A stretch of DNA of 54,045 nt from Eubacteriales bacterium. GTDB lineage: Bacteria > Bacillota > Clostridia > Oscillospirales > CAG-272. The position numbers and the translations under genes were made by a program. Under the pieces are notes generated by a model. That model did no database searches. It had not been told where the DNA came from and saw nothing but the letters and a program-made list of their open reading frames with translations. This document shows positions 22,139-32,035 of this stretch, in pieces; within the stretch, counting starts at the first letter, position 1; each line of letters begins with the position of its first letter. The stretch is from the NCBI GenBank assembly GCA_045644045.1, contig JAZRGD010000068.1, positions 1 through 54,045 on the forward strand, read 5' to 3'.

Positions 22139-22814
22139 TTGCTCTCAACCTCGTTTCTACCTTTTTGATTCCAAACGTGAGCAGATATACGATCGCAAGA
22201 TAGAAGCACGCCGCCACCGACATAGGCACGATGTAGCTCGCCATATTGTTGCCCGCGCCGATGACCTTGGCCGCCTGCGTCAGGTCGTACATACCGATCA
22301 TGCTGACGATAGAGGTCTCCTTGATCAGGGCGATCAGCTCGTTTCCGATGGCGGGAATGACGTTTTTGATCGCCTGAGGAACCACGATCTTACCCATGGT
22401 GGTGCCGTTGGCAAGTCCCAGCGCGCGTCCCGCCTCGGTCTGTCCGATGTCCACCGAAAGGATGCCCGCTCTGATGCTCTCGGACACGTATGCACCCGAA
22501 TTGATGCCAAAGGCAATGATAGCGGTGATCTCCTTGGGGAAGCCGCGCACCGCGAAGATGGCATACGCCATAATAAAGAGCTAAAGCGCCATAGGCGTTC
22601 CTCTGATCACCGTGACGTAGGCCTTACATATGGCGCGGGGGATCGCCGCTCCCTTGGACCTCGAAAGCCCCACGATAGCCACCAGCGTACCCAGCAAAAG
22701 GCCGAGGATCGCCGCAAAGACCGAAACAAGTAACGTTCTGCCAAGACCCTCGAAAAGCATTCCCATATACTTTTCGTTGGTAACGAGAACGACTATGTTC
22801 TTAAAAAAATCCAT
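22125..22814 (-). pseudogene. Polar amino acid ABC permease interrupted by a single in-frame TAG (22581-22583)
   Basis: ORFs 22581..22814 and 22125..22571 share one frame: IRGTPMAL-TAG-LFIMAY. EAA loop (ESIRAGILSVDIGQTEAGRALG) and KETS are intact; 230 codons in total. Confidence 0.8.
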
Positions 22815-22840
22815 TTTACATACCTTATTTCTTAATATCA

Positions 22841-22875
22841 GTAAAAGGAACTGTGCTAAGCACGGTTCCTTTTAC
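22841..22875 (-). terminator. Intra-operon hairpin after the substrate-binding gene
   Basis: GTAAAAGGAACTGTGC-TAA-GCACGGTTCCTTTTAC. Confidence 0.65.
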
Positions 22876-22886
22876 GAGCTTTTCTA

Positions 22887-23756
22887 TTAGTCGTTCATGC
22901 CCATGTGAGCCATGACCATCTTTTCTACCTGAGTCTTGCCGTCGGCATCCTTCACGAGAAGCTCAGCGAGCACCGCGTTGATGGCGTCAAGCAGCTCGGT
23001 GTTGCCCTTGGTCACCGCGATGGCGTACTGCTCCTCAACAGGGGAGTCTGCCTCGCCCTCGGCACCCGAGTAGTACAGGGGGTAGCAGGTGAAGCCCTTG
23101 GTGTTGTTGGCAACGATGTACTTGGCGGGAAGCTCGTCAACGATGATGGCGTCAATGGTGATGCCCAGAGCGTCAGCCGCAACGTTAGCGGAATCCATAG
23201 CCTCGTGCTTGGTGTCGGTGCCGTAAAGAACGCCGTCGTAGCCGTAATCGTTGTCGGCAGTGGCGTTGATCTCACCGTCGGTGTAGATCCAGCCCGTGGT
23301 ATCCGTCTGGGTGGCGATGGTCTTGCCGGCAAGTGCCTCCCACACGATGTAGGTCACGCCGTCCACCGTCTTGGTCTCGATGTCGGTCTCGGCGGGAAGG
23401 ATAACGTACTGAATGGAGGTGTAGTAGGGATCGGAGAAGTCTACCTTCTCTTTTCTCTCGTCGGTGATGGTCAGACCCGCCGCGCCACAGTCAGCCAGCT
23501 TGCCCTCCTTAACGGTATCAATGATAATACCGAAGTCACCGTCGTTCCAAACGATCTTCTTGCCAAGCTTCTCGCCAACGCGGTTCATGATCTCCACGTC
23601 AACGCCGACGATCTCGGTGCCGTCGTAGTACTCGAAGGGTGCGAAGTAAGCGTTGGTCTGCACCAAGATATCGCCGCCCTCCTGATTGCAGGCCACCATA
23701 GCGAAGCAGCCCAAAAGCATGAGAAGTACCATTGCCAAGGAAATAATCTTTTTCAT
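22887..23756 (-). CDS. Amino acid ABC transporter substrate-binding lipoprotein (SBP family 3)
   Basis: Signal peptide/lipobox MVA-C; TNAYFAPFEY, GVDVEI, TITDERKEKVDFSDPYY, EQYAIAV. Confidence 0.92.
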   Translation of the reverse strand: MKKIISLAMVLLMLLGCFAMVACNQEGGDILVQTNAYFAPFEYYDGTEIVGVDVEIMNRVGEKLGKKIVWNDGDFGIIIDTVKEGKLADCGAAGLTITDERKEKVDFSDPYYTSIQYVILPAETDIETKTVDGVTYIVWEALAGKTIATQTDTTGWIYTDGEINATADNDYGYDGVLYGTDTKHEAMDSANVAADALGITIDAIIVDELPAKYIVANNTKGFTCYPLYYSGAEGEADSPVEEQYAIAVTKGNTELLDAINAVLAELLVKDADGKTQVEKMVMAHMGMND

Positions 23757-23800
23757 GATATAAAACTCCTTTTATATAAATTATTTTTGATTACTACAAC

Positions 23801-23829
23801 ATTATATACCAAGGAGGCAAAAAAGTCAA
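23801..23829 (-). promoter_or_regulatory. SigA promoter for the ABC operon
   Basis: Minus strand TTGACT-17-TATAAT. Confidence 0.75.
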
Positions 23830-23836
23830 GCCCCAA

Positions 23837-24487
23837 TTATCGTCCCATCCACGCCACGTCTCCGCCGTCCGACAGATAGGAATCCAAGGCGTAGAACAAG
23901 GGCGTCACCGTCTCCCCCTCGCACAGGTAGGCGGAGATCGACGCGTTGGCGGGCCAGTTGATCTCCCGCGCCCGCTCGACGTCCCAGCCTCTTGCCAACG
24001 TCTCAAAGGTACGGACAGGGGTGGCGTGGGAGGCGATCAGCACCGTCTTGCCGGGGTTTTCGGCGGCAATGCGCAAGACCTCCGCGCGCACACGGTGGGC
24101 AAGTGCCTTCACGCTCTCCCCCTCGTTGGGGCAGGCGTTGCCAAGGTCGGTGCGCCAGGCTCCAAACTCCGCCCGATATTCCTTTTCTATATCGGAAATC
24201 AGCATATTCTCCCACTTTCCCGCGTAGATCTCTCGCAGTTCGTCGGAGGTGTCAATAGGAAGCGTGGGCATATGAGACAGGGCAAGCCGCGCCGTCTCAT
24301 AGGCGCGGCAAAGGGGGCTGGCATACGCCACGTCGGGGCGAATGCCCATTTTCTCAAGATAGGCCGACACGTCCCGTGCTTGCCCTCTGCCGCGCTCGGT
24401 CAAGGGCAGGTCGGTGTGGCCGAGAAAGCTGCGAACGGCGTTGCCCTCACTCTCCCCATGCCTTATCATGTAAACTAATGTTTTCAT
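23837..24487 (-). CDS. Histidine phosphatase (phosphoglycerate mutase) family protein
   Basis: IRHGES, SPLCRAYETA, LREIYAGKWE, ASHAT motifs. Confidence 0.9.
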   Translation of the reverse strand: MKTLVYMIRHGESEGNAVRSFLGHTDLPLTERGRGQARDVSAYLEKMGIRPDVAYASPLCRAYETARLALSHMPTLPIDTSDELREIYAGKWENMLISDIEKEYRAEFGAWRTDLGNACPNEGESVKALAHRVRAEVLRIAAENPGKTVLIASHATPVRTFETLARGWDVERAREINWPANASISAYLCEGETVTPLFYALDSYLSDGGDVAWMGR

Positions 24488-25453
24488 TTAAGCCTTTATG
24501 ACCTCTTTTCCCGTTTTGTTTTTCAAAAACTCAGCCGCGGCATGCGGTATAGCGAAACGCAGGGCGGCGGGGAGAACCTCCAGCGTGAAGTGCCTTGAGG
24601 GGATCATCTCGCCATCCATGGCGTAGCCAAAATCCTCTTCCTCCGCAATGACCTCCACTCGCTTGCCGCGCGCGTAGTACATAAAGGAGGCACACTTCGG
24701 GTCGTCCAGATGCTCACCCCTCGAATAAGCCCCGATAAGACCCGCGAAGGTGGGAATGGAAACAGGGGTGGCAAGGCAGACCTCAAGCAGCCCGTCCTCG
24801 TTGTCCGAGCGAGGGGCGCACATATAGGAGCCGCCCACGTAATTGCCGCAGGCCACGGTGCAAAGCATAATGGTCTCCCCCTTACCGATGAGCTGACCGT
24901 CCACGTATACCCGTGCCTTGTGCTTGCGCCCCGTGAAGATGCTCTTCACGATGCCCGCGTAATAAGCGCGCTTGCCGCCGAGAAGCGGAAGACGCTTGAC
25001 CCTTTGCATGGTATGGCAAACGGCATAGTCAAAGCCGAAATTGGCCACGTTCACCGACAGCGTTTTGCCGTCGCTGATGAGGTCCACCTCTCTTTCCTCT
25101 CCCTCAAGCAGGTCGGGAATGGAGAGAAAGGCCTCCTTGCCGCCGTAATATTTCACGAAGTCGTTGCCGCTTCCGCAAGGGTAGCAGGACACCGAGGCAT
25201 GCACGTAGCGCGCCGCGCCGTTGACCACCTCGTTGAGGGTACCGTCTCCGCCGCAGGCGTAAAACCGCACCTCCTCCTCGGGATGCGCCTCGCAGTATTC
25301 TCTGATGAAGCGCGTAGCATCCCCCTGCCCCACCGTCTCGTACACCGTTACGTCGTAGCGGTCTGTGAGCTTCGCCACCTCCTCCTTGATCGCGGTGACC
25401 GAGCTTTTGGGTCCCGCGGCAGGATTGGCAATAAAAATATGTTTCATGATCAT
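24488..25453 (-). CDS. Diacylglycerol kinase family lipid kinase (YegS/BmrU type)
   Basis: NPAAG, CGGDGTLNEVVNG, PCGSGNDF, DGE motifs; start 25453 or 25447. Confidence 0.9.
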   Translation of the reverse strand: MIMKHIFIANPAAGPKSSVTAIKEEVAKLTDRYDVTVYETVGQGDATRFIREYCEAHPEEEVRFYACGGDGTLNEVVNGAARYVHASVSCYPCGSGNDFVKYYGGKEAFLSIPDLLEGEEREVDLISDGKTLSVNVANFGFDYAVCHTMQRVKRLPLLGGKRAYYAGIVKSIFTGRKHKARVYVDGQLIGKGETIMLCTVACGNYVGGSYMCAPRSDNEDGLLEVCLATPVSIPTFAGLIGAYSRGEHLDDPKCASFMYYARGKRVEVIAEEEDFGYAMDGEMIPSRHFTLEVLPAALRFAIPHAAAEFLKNKTGKEVIKA

Positions 25454-25486
25454 CCCTCGTTTCGATGGATATTCTTTATCTATTGT

Positions 25487-25515
25487 ATTGTATCACACCC
25501 CGCGAGGATTGTCAA
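25487..25515 (-). promoter_or_regulatory. SigA promoter for the kinase-phosphatase pair
   Basis: Minus strand TTGACA-17-TACAAT. Confidence 0.75.
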
Positions 25516-25590
25516 GAGACAGAAAAGACCGTCCCTCTCGCGGGGCGGTCCTTTGCTTTTGACTTTTTGAAGGCACTCGAAAAACGGAGA

Positions 25591-26871
25591 TCAAACCGTC
25601 GCTTCCGTTTTTTTCTGCCGTCTTTCCAGCTCCTCCTTGGCGGAGGACAGCATCAGCTTGATGCGGTTTTCCTGGTTGACCACCGACATGGCGGTGTCGT
25701 AATCAATGGCAACGATGTTAATACCGGGGTTTCTCTCCTTGATGGGCTTCATCATGCCCTTACCGCAAACGTGGTTGGGCAAGCACCCGAAGGGCTGTGT
25801 GCAAACGATGCCGAGACAGCCGTTTTCGGTCAGCTCTAGCATTTCGGCGGTGAGAAGCCACCCTTCACCCATCTTGGCACCCTTGTCGATATACCCCTTC
25901 ACCAGCGTCTCGGTATGCTCAAAATCGGAAAGGGTACGGAAGCTTCCCTCCTCCTTGATGGCGGCGATCATATCCTTTTGCTTTTTCACAAAGTAATTCC
26001 GTGCCACGGTAAAGGCCTTGTGTTTCAGGTAGGAGCCGCCGTAGACGGGATATTCGTAGGCGGTGTTGGTGGTGATAAAAATGCAAAAATCAAGAAGCCC
26101 CGGCACCACGGGCTCAGCCCCCTCGCGGACGAGGAGGTCACAAAGGCGGTTGTTGGCGAGGGGAGAATATTTGACGTAGATCTCGCCCACCACGCCGATG
26201 CGTACCTTTTCCTCCTTACTTCTTTCAAGGGCGGCAAAGGAGGCGAGGATCTCACGATAGGTCTCCTTCACACGGGCATAGCTGATCCGTTTTCCCCTTT
26301 CCATGCCCGCGGCAATGCGTGCGACCCACTCGTCCGCCAAGGCCTGTGCGCTTCCCTTTTCCGTTTCGTAGGGACGGGTCTGATTGATGAGGGACATGAG
26401 CAGGTCACCGTACAGGATGCTGTACATCATACGGCGGATCATGGACAGGGGCATACGGAAGCCCGGGTGCTTTTCGATACCCGAAAAGCTCATGGAGATG
26501 ACGGGCACGTGACCGAAGCCCGCCTTTTCAAGGGCCTTGCGGATGAGGGATATGTAATTGGAGGCGCGACAGCCGCCCCCCGTCTGGAACATGATGAGGG
26601 CGGTCTTGTCGAGGTCGTACTTGCCGCTTTGAAGGGCGTGGATAAACTGCCCGATCACCAGAACGGCGGGATAGCAGGTATCGTTATGCACGTACTTGAC
26701 CCCCGTGGCGGCGATCTCCTTGCCGTCTCCCGTGAGCAGCTCGGTATGAAAGCCGTAGTTGTCCAGCACGCGGGCGATGAGCTTGAAGTGCATGGGGAGC
26801 ATATCGGGGATGAGGATGGTATGGGTCTTTTTCATCTCCTTGGTAAAGGGGACGTAGTAATTATTTTTCAT
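25591..26871 (-). CDS. 2-hydroxyacyl-CoA dehydratase / activase-associated subunit
   Basis: VHNDTCYPA, QTGGGCRASNY, VGEIYVK, MGEGWLL, QPFGCLPNH, NQENRIKLM; ATG 26871 overlaps the upstream stop. Confidence 0.85.
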   Translation of the reverse strand: MKNNYYVPFTKEMKKTHTILIPDMLPMHFKLIARVLDNYGFHTELLTGDGKEIAATGVKYVHNDTCYPAVLVIGQFIHALQSGKYDLDKTALIMFQTGGGCRASNYISLIRKALEKAGFGHVPVISMSFSGIEKHPGFRMPLSMIRRMMYSILYGDLLMSLINQTRPYETEKGSAQALADEWVARIAAGMERGKRISYARVKETYREILASFAALERSKEEKVRIGVVGEIYVKYSPLANNRLCDLLVREGAEPVVPGLLDFCIFITTNTAYEYPVYGGSYLKHKAFTVARNYFVKKQKDMIAAIKEEGSFRTLSDFEHTETLVKGYIDKGAKMGEGWLLTAEMLELTENGCLGIVCTQPFGCLPNHVCGKGMMKPIKERNPGINIVAIDYDTAMSVVNQENRIKLMLSSAKEELERRQKKTEATV

Positions 26872-29830
26872 TCCTTCTCTCCTTTGCTCTTTCTCGTTCA
26901 TCCAATGCGCCCATGAGACTCCGCAGACGGATCTTGACCGCACCCAGACCCGCGATCTCGTCGATCTTGATCTGGGTATACAGCTTGCCGCCTGCCTCAA
27001 GGACGGAGCGCACCTCGTCGGTGGTGACGGCGTCAAGACCGCACCCGAAGGAGACGAGCTGCACGAGACTCACGTTTTCCCTCTCGGTGGCCAAGCGAGC
27101 GGCGCGATAGAGACGGGCGTGGTAGGTCCATTGATTCAGGACGCGAACGGGCTGAGGGTCGGTCAGGTGACAGACGCTGTCCTCGCTGACCACCACGAAG
27201 CCGAGGGAGGTGGCGAGGGAGTCGATGCCGTGTGAGATCTCGGCGTCGGCGTGATAGGGACGCCCCGCCAGCACCATGACCCGCTTGCCGTGGGCATCGG
27301 CGTAGGCAAGCGCCGCCTCTCCCTGTGCCCGCAGGTCGGCCATATGGGCGGCTTGGGCGGCAAGCCCCGCGCGGGCGGCGTGAAGTGCCTCCTTCTCGGT
27401 GATGGGGAAATAGGGTGACAAAGCGCGGTAAAGCCCGTTGCCAAGTGCCCTTTCGTCGTTGATGTTCAGGTAGGGATAGATAAATCTCGCTCCCGCAAGG
27501 CTTTCCATATTACTTGCCAAAAGCTCTGCGTAATAGGCCACCACGGGGCAGTTGTAATGGTTGTCGCTGACCTTCTCGTCCACGTTATAGGTGAGACAGG
27601 GATAGAAGATGGCATCCACCCCCTTCTCCACCAGCTCCTCCATATGGCCGTGCATCAGCTTAGCGGGATAGCAAGCCGTGTCGGAGGGGATGGAGAGCTG
27701 CCCTTTCTCGTAGGTAGCGCGGGTGGACATGGAGGAAACGGTCACCTTGAAGCCGAGGGCGCGGAAGGCGGCGTGCCAGAGAGGCAGAAGCTCGTACATG
27801 CCAAGGGCAAGGGGAAGCCCCACCGTGCCGCGCACCGCCTCTCCCTCGGGGAGGGAGGTGAGCTTTTGTCTCTTATATTCGTAAAGATTGGGAAGCGTCT
27901 CGTCCGCCACCGCCTTGCCGAGACCCTTTTCACAACGGTTGCCCGACACGAATCTTTTGCCCGTGCCAAAGTCGTTGACGGTGAGGTGACAGCCGTTGGT
28001 ACAGCCGCGACACACCGCGCTCTTCGCCGTATGGCGGAAGGCGGCAAGCTCGTCGGGAGTGAGAAGAGTGGAGCTCTCCTTTTGCATCTCACAGGCGTGA
28101 ATGGCGGCACCGTAAGCACCCATCAGCCCCGCTACGGTGGGACGGATGACCTCCTTCCCCAGCTCTCTTTCAAAGGCGCGGAGGACGGAGTCGTTGTAGA
28201 AGGTACCGCCCTGCACCACCACATTTTTGCCCAGCTCGTCTGCAGAGCCACAGCGAATGACCTTGTAGAGAGCGTTCTTCACCACGCTGACGGAGAGTCC
28301 CGCCGAGATGTCCGCCACGGTGGCACCGTCCTTTTGGGATTGCTTGACCGAGGAGTTCATAAAGACGGTACAGCGAGAGCCGAGATCGGCGGGAGCCTCG
28401 CTGAACAGACCCGCCTTGGCAAAATCGGCCACCGTCATGCCCATGGAGCGTGCAAAGGTCTCCACGAAGGAGCCACAGCCCGAGGAGCAGGCCTCGTTGA
28501 GCATGATGCTGTCGATAGCACCGCCGCGAATGCGGAAGCACTTGATGTCCTGTCCGCCAATGTCCAGAATGAAATCCACCTCGGGACAAAAATGACGGGC
28601 GGCGGCGTAATGGGCAAGGGTCTCTACCAGCCCGAAGTCCACGCCGAAGGCGGTCTTGATCAGCTCCTCACCGTAGCCCGTGACGGCGGAGGCGCGGATG
28701 CGGATGCGGTCGCCGCACAGGGCGTAGACCTTATGTAGCTGCTCCTTGATGATAGAAACGGGGTCGCCGCGATTGGCGGCGTAATAGGTATAAAGGAGAG
28801 ACTTATCCGCCGCCATCAGCACCAGCTTGGTGGTGGTGGAGCCGCAGTCGATACCGAGATAGGCGTCACCCTCGTAGGAGGCGGGATCGGTCTCTGCCAC
28901 CGTGGCGGCGGCGTGACGGGCGGCAAAGGTCTCGTACTCCTCTGCGGAGGAAAAGAGAGGGTCGAGACGGTGGGCGGCGGTCTCACCGCCCATAGCTCCC
29001 TCCACCGCCGCGAGGACGGCGTCAAGGGTATAGGTCTTTCCTTCCTTCGCGCCGTACAAGGCGGCACCCAGTGCCACGGCGTAAAGGGCGTATTCGGGAA
29101 GGGTGGCGGTATCGTCATTCAGTCCCAATGTCTCGGTGAAGCGGTGGCGAAGCCCCTTGCAATAATGGAGCGGACCGCCGAGGAACAGCACCTTGCCCGT
29201 AATGCGGCGGCCGCAGGCGAGGCCCGCCACCGTCTGACTCACCACCGCCTGATAGATGCTGGCGGCAATGTCCTCATGGCGCACCCCCTGATTGAGGAGA
29301 GGCTGAACGTCGGTCTTGGCAAACACGCCGCAACGGGAGGCGATGGGATAGATACGGGTGGCAGAGAGGCTTAGCGCATCCAGCTCGTCGGGGGTGACGG
29401 ACAAAAGAGCCGCCATCTGGTCGATGAATGCGCCCGTGCCGCCCGCGCAAGAGCCGTTCATGCGCTCGTCTGTGCCGCCCTCAAAGAAAATGATCTTGGC
29501 GTCCTCGCCGCCCAGCTCAATGACGGTGCCCGTATCGGGTGCGAAGCGACGCACCACGGCGGCGGTGGCGTAGACCTCTTGGACGAAGGGAATGTCCGCC
29601 GCCTCGGAGAGACCGAGACCCGCCGAGCCGGAGATGGCAACGGTGAAGTGCCTCCCCTTCAGCACGCTCTCGGCATCCTTCAACAGCTCGTAGGTCTTTT
29701 CCCTGACACGGGAGAGATGTCTTTCGTAGCGGCGGTAGAGAGTCTCGTCTCCCTCCGTCACCACCAGCTTGGCGGTGGTAGAGCCGATATCGATACCCAC
29801 GGCAAGGGTGGGCACTTTGTTCTCGTTCAT
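26861..29830 (-). CDS. Acyl-CoA dehydratase activase (two BadF/BadG/BcrA/BcrD ATPase domains plus DUF2229)
   Basis: GIDIGSTTAK, ELGGEDAK, MNGSCAGGTGAFID, GIDCGSTTTK, DIGGQDIK, NEACSSGCGSF, SDTACYPAK, SFGCGLDA. Confidence 0.9.
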   Translation of the reverse strand: MNENKVPTLAVGIDIGSTTAKLVVTEGDETLYRRYERHLSRVREKTYELLKDAESVLKGRHFTVAISGSAGLGLSEAADIPFVQEVYATAAVVRRFAPDTGTVIELGGEDAKIIFFEGGTDERMNGSCAGGTGAFIDQMAALLSVTPDELDALSLSATRIYPIASRCGVFAKTDVQPLLNQGVRHEDIAASIYQAVVSQTVAGLACGRRITGKVLFLGGPLHYCKGLRHRFTETLGLNDDTATLPEYALYAVALGAALYGAKEGKTYTLDAVLAAVEGAMGGETAAHRLDPLFSSAEEYETFAARHAAATVAETDPASYEGDAYLGIDCGSTTTKLVLMAADKSLLYTYYAANRGDPVSIIKEQLHKVYALCGDRIRIRASAVTGYGEELIKTAFGVDFGLVETLAHYAAARHFCPEVDFILDIGGQDIKCFRIRGGAIDSIMLNEACSSGCGSFVETFARSMGMTVADFAKAGLFSEAPADLGSRCTVFMNSSVKQSQKDGATVADISAGLSVSVVKNALYKVIRCGSADELGKNVVVQGGTFYNDSVLRAFERELGKEVIRPTVAGLMGAYGAAIHACEMQKESSTLLTPDELAAFRHTAKSAVCRGCTNGCHLTVNDFGTGKRFVSGNRCEKGLGKAVADETLPNLYEYKRQKLTSLPEGEAVRGTVGLPLALGMYELLPLWHAAFRALGFKVTVSSMSTRATYEKGQLSIPSDTACYPAKLMHGHMEELVEKGVDAIFYPCLTYNVDEKVSDNHYNCPVVAYYAELLASNMESLAGARFIYPYLNINDERALGNGLYRALSPYFPITEKEALHAARAGLAAQAAHMADLRAQGEAALAYADAHGKRVMVLAGRPYHADAEISHGIDSLATSLGFVVVSEDSVCHLTDPQPVRVLNQWTYHARLYRAARLATERENVSLVQLVSFGCGLDAVTTDEVRSVLEAGGKLYTQIKIDEIAGLGAVKIRLRSLMGALDERERAKERRNEK

Positions 29831-29918
29831 TTCGGATTCCTTTCTACATGATAAGAGAAAAAGTCTCTCAAAGAGTCGTTGCCCTGCTTTTGGCAGGGCA
29901 ACGGTCAACACAAAGAAG

Positions 29919-31409
29919 TTATTCGGCCAAGTCCAGCTCGTCGGCGTTGCAGCCGGTGTCCTTGTTCATAAAGAAGATATAGTACACGGCAAAGGCGATG
30001 AAGGACAGAAGGAAGGCGGCACCGATGATATACCAATAGCTGCTGTCCTCGATGACGTTGCTTGCCATGCCGAAGATGGCGACCACAAGGATCAGAAGCG
30101 GCGTCAAGGATTTGACCATATAGGAGACCATCGTACCGACGAGGGGCTCTTTGGGGTAGATGTTGTCTGCCATCTCCTTGGTCTTGATGCCCCAGCCCAC
30201 CACGAGAGCGGCGGCGAGAGCGCACAAGGGCATCAGCACGGTGTTGGTCATCTCGTCGAAGACGGTGAGCAGGTCGCGCCCGATGACGGTGAAGTGACCG
30301 CCGAGGGAGAGGGAGACCAGCACCGAGACGAGGGCGGCAACGATCATGGGAATGATCGCCGCCTTTTTGCGGCTGATGCGCATCTTCTGGATGACGAACT
30401 GGGTGACCACCTCAACCAGGGAGACCACCGAGGTGATGGCGGCAATGGAAACCATCACGAAGAAGAGGAAGCCGACGACGGCACCCACCGCCCCAAGAGA
30501 GGCAAAGACCTGAGGCAGGGTGTAGAACAGGAGCGCAAAGCCACCGAGACCCACCGCCTCTGCCGCCACGCCCTCTACCGCCATAAAGTGGAAGGCGGCG
30601 GGGAAAATGGCGAAGCCTGCCATCAGAGCCACGCAGGTGTCGATGATGCTGACCTGCACGGCCGACTTGAAGAGATTGATCTCCTCGCCCGTATAAGAGC
30701 CGTAGGCAACCATGATGCCCATACCGAGGGACATGGAGAAGAAGACCTGACCCATGGCGGCGGCAACGCCCTTCCAGCCGAGGGCCTTGAAGTCCAGCTT
30801 CAAAATGTAGAAATCGAGGCCGTCCCTTACACCCTCACCGAGGCAAAGGGAATAGACCATAACGGCGAAGAGGATGATAAAGAGGGCGGGCATCAATATC
30901 TTAGACGCCTTCTCAATGCCCTTTTGTACGCCGCCCATGATGATGAACACGGCGATGCCGAGGAAAAGAACGGTGCAAACGACGGGAAGCCAGGGGTTCG
31001 CCATAAAGGCATCCATGCCTGCGCCCACCTCGTTGAAGCTCTTACCGATATCGGCAAAGGAGGAGATGGCACAGCGCAGGGTGTAGCCGCCCAGCACCGA
31101 GTAATAGCAAATAATGAAGAAGGGGATCGCCACAGCCAGAAGACCGAGGCCGCCCAGCTTTTTATTGACCTTCTTAAAGGCGGTAACGGGGTTTGCCTGG
31201 GCACGCTTGCCGAGGTACATCTCCGCTATCATGCCCGCGATACCGATGAGCATGGCCATCAGCACGTAGACGAGAACGAAGGCGGCGCCGCCGTTGGCAC
31301 CCGTCTTGTAGGGGAAGCCCCAGATGTTACCGAGACCTACGGCAGAGCCCGCAGAGGCAAGCACGAAGCCGAGGCCACTGGCAAAGCCGTTTTTCTTTTT
31401 CTGTTCCAT
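29919..31409 (-). CDS. Sodium-dependent transporter, NSS/SNF family
   Basis: GSAVGLGNIWGFPY..G.NGGAAF, GQVFFSMSLGMGIMVAYGSY; AAGGAG RBS before ATG 31409. Confidence 0.93.
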   Translation of the reverse strand: MEQKKKNGFASGLGFVLASAGSAVGLGNIWGFPYKTGANGGAAFVLVYVLMAMLIGIAGMIAEMYLGKRAQANPVTAFKKVNKKLGGLGLLAVAIPFFIICYYSVLGGYTLRCAISSFADIGKSFNEVGAGMDAFMANPWLPVVCTVLFLGIAVFIIMGGVQKGIEKASKILMPALFIILFAVMVYSLCLGEGVRDGLDFYILKLDFKALGWKGVAAAMGQVFFSMSLGMGIMVAYGSYTGEEINLFKSAVQVSIIDTCVALMAGFAIFPAAFHFMAVEGVAAEAVGLGGFALLFYTLPQVFASLGAVGAVVGFLFFVMVSIAAITSVVSLVEVVTQFVIQKMRISRKKAAIIPMIVAALVSVLVSLSLGGHFTVIGRDLLTVFDEMTNTVLMPLCALAAALVVGWGIKTKEMADNIYPKEPLVGTMVSYMVKSLTPLLILVVAIFGMASNVIEDSSYWYIIGAAFLLSFIAFAVYYIFFMNKDTGCNADELDLAE

Positions 31410-31531
31410 ATCGAATTGCTCCTTTCGCGGCAAAGCCGCAACACATCCGTACCCTTTAGTATCCCTCACACCCTCACTTCCATACTCACCCTGCGGTGAA
31501 CGGAGGGGGAAGGACACGAGAATTACAATAC

Positions 31532-31560
31532 ATTATAGCATTAAACGGCGCAATTGTCAA
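31532..31560 (-). promoter_or_regulatory. SigA promoter for the NSS transporter
   Basis: Minus strand TTGACA-17-TATAAT with extended TG. Confidence 0.8.
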
Positions 31561-31610
31561 GCAAAAAGCGACAAAAGAAAGAAAAAGGGCGGAAAGCGTT
31601 TGGTTTATAT

Positions 31611-31654
31611 CGGGGGGCTTTTCAAGGGAAAGCCCCCAAGCCTTTTTGGAAAAG
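31611..31654. repeat. Dispersed palindromic repeat, copy 1 (copy 2 at 45991-46040, inverted)
   Basis: CGGGGGGCTTTTCAAGGGAAAGCCCCCAAGCCTTTTTGGAAAAG matches the reverse complement of 45991-46040. Confidence 0.7.
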
Positions 31655-31662
31655 GAAATACC

Positions 31663-31952
31663 GTAGGGACCGACGTCGATCCGCCTAACGCGGATCGAAT
31701 CGCCGCAAAGCGGCGTTTAGCCTCCCTCCGAGAGCGAGGTGGCACGGGGCTTGCGCCGTGGCGGGAGGAGTGGGCGGCAGTAGCGGTGCGCGCGAAGGAA
31801 CGGGAGCTTGCAAAGAAAAATGAGCAAGCTTTGCTTTTTACAAACCCATTACCTTGCGCTTTTATTTGCTCTCGCTCACTCCTTCCACCACTCCGCAGTC
31901 CCCCTCCCTCTCGGAGGGAGGCTTGGTTTGCATCCGCCCGAGGCGGATCGAA
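31663..31952. mobile_element. Non-autonomous REP/MITE-like composite element
   Basis: Starts GTAGGGACCGACGTCGA; 21-bp inverted repeats with one mismatch (31719-31739 and 31903-31923); flanking direct-repeat hairpins ATCCGCC-N4-GCGGATCGAA; no transposase. Confidence 0.6.
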
Positions 31953-31992
31953 GCGGCGCGAAGCACCGTATGGCATCGCTACGCCTCAAACC

Positions 31993-32024
31993 AAAAAAAA
32001 GAGGCTGTCGCAAGCGACAGCCTC
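31993..32024 (-). terminator. Intrinsic terminator after the small Cys-rich ORF
   Basis: Minus strand GAGGCTGTCGC-TT-GCGACAGCCTC-TTTTTTTT. Confidence 0.85.
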
Positions 32025-32035
32025 AGGGTGGTATG

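Noticed and set aside
25591-29830. Activase/dehydratase pair as a frameshifted single gene
   Set aside because: Second ORF has its own ATG and GAAGGA RBS overlapping the upstream stop, typical of translational coupling.
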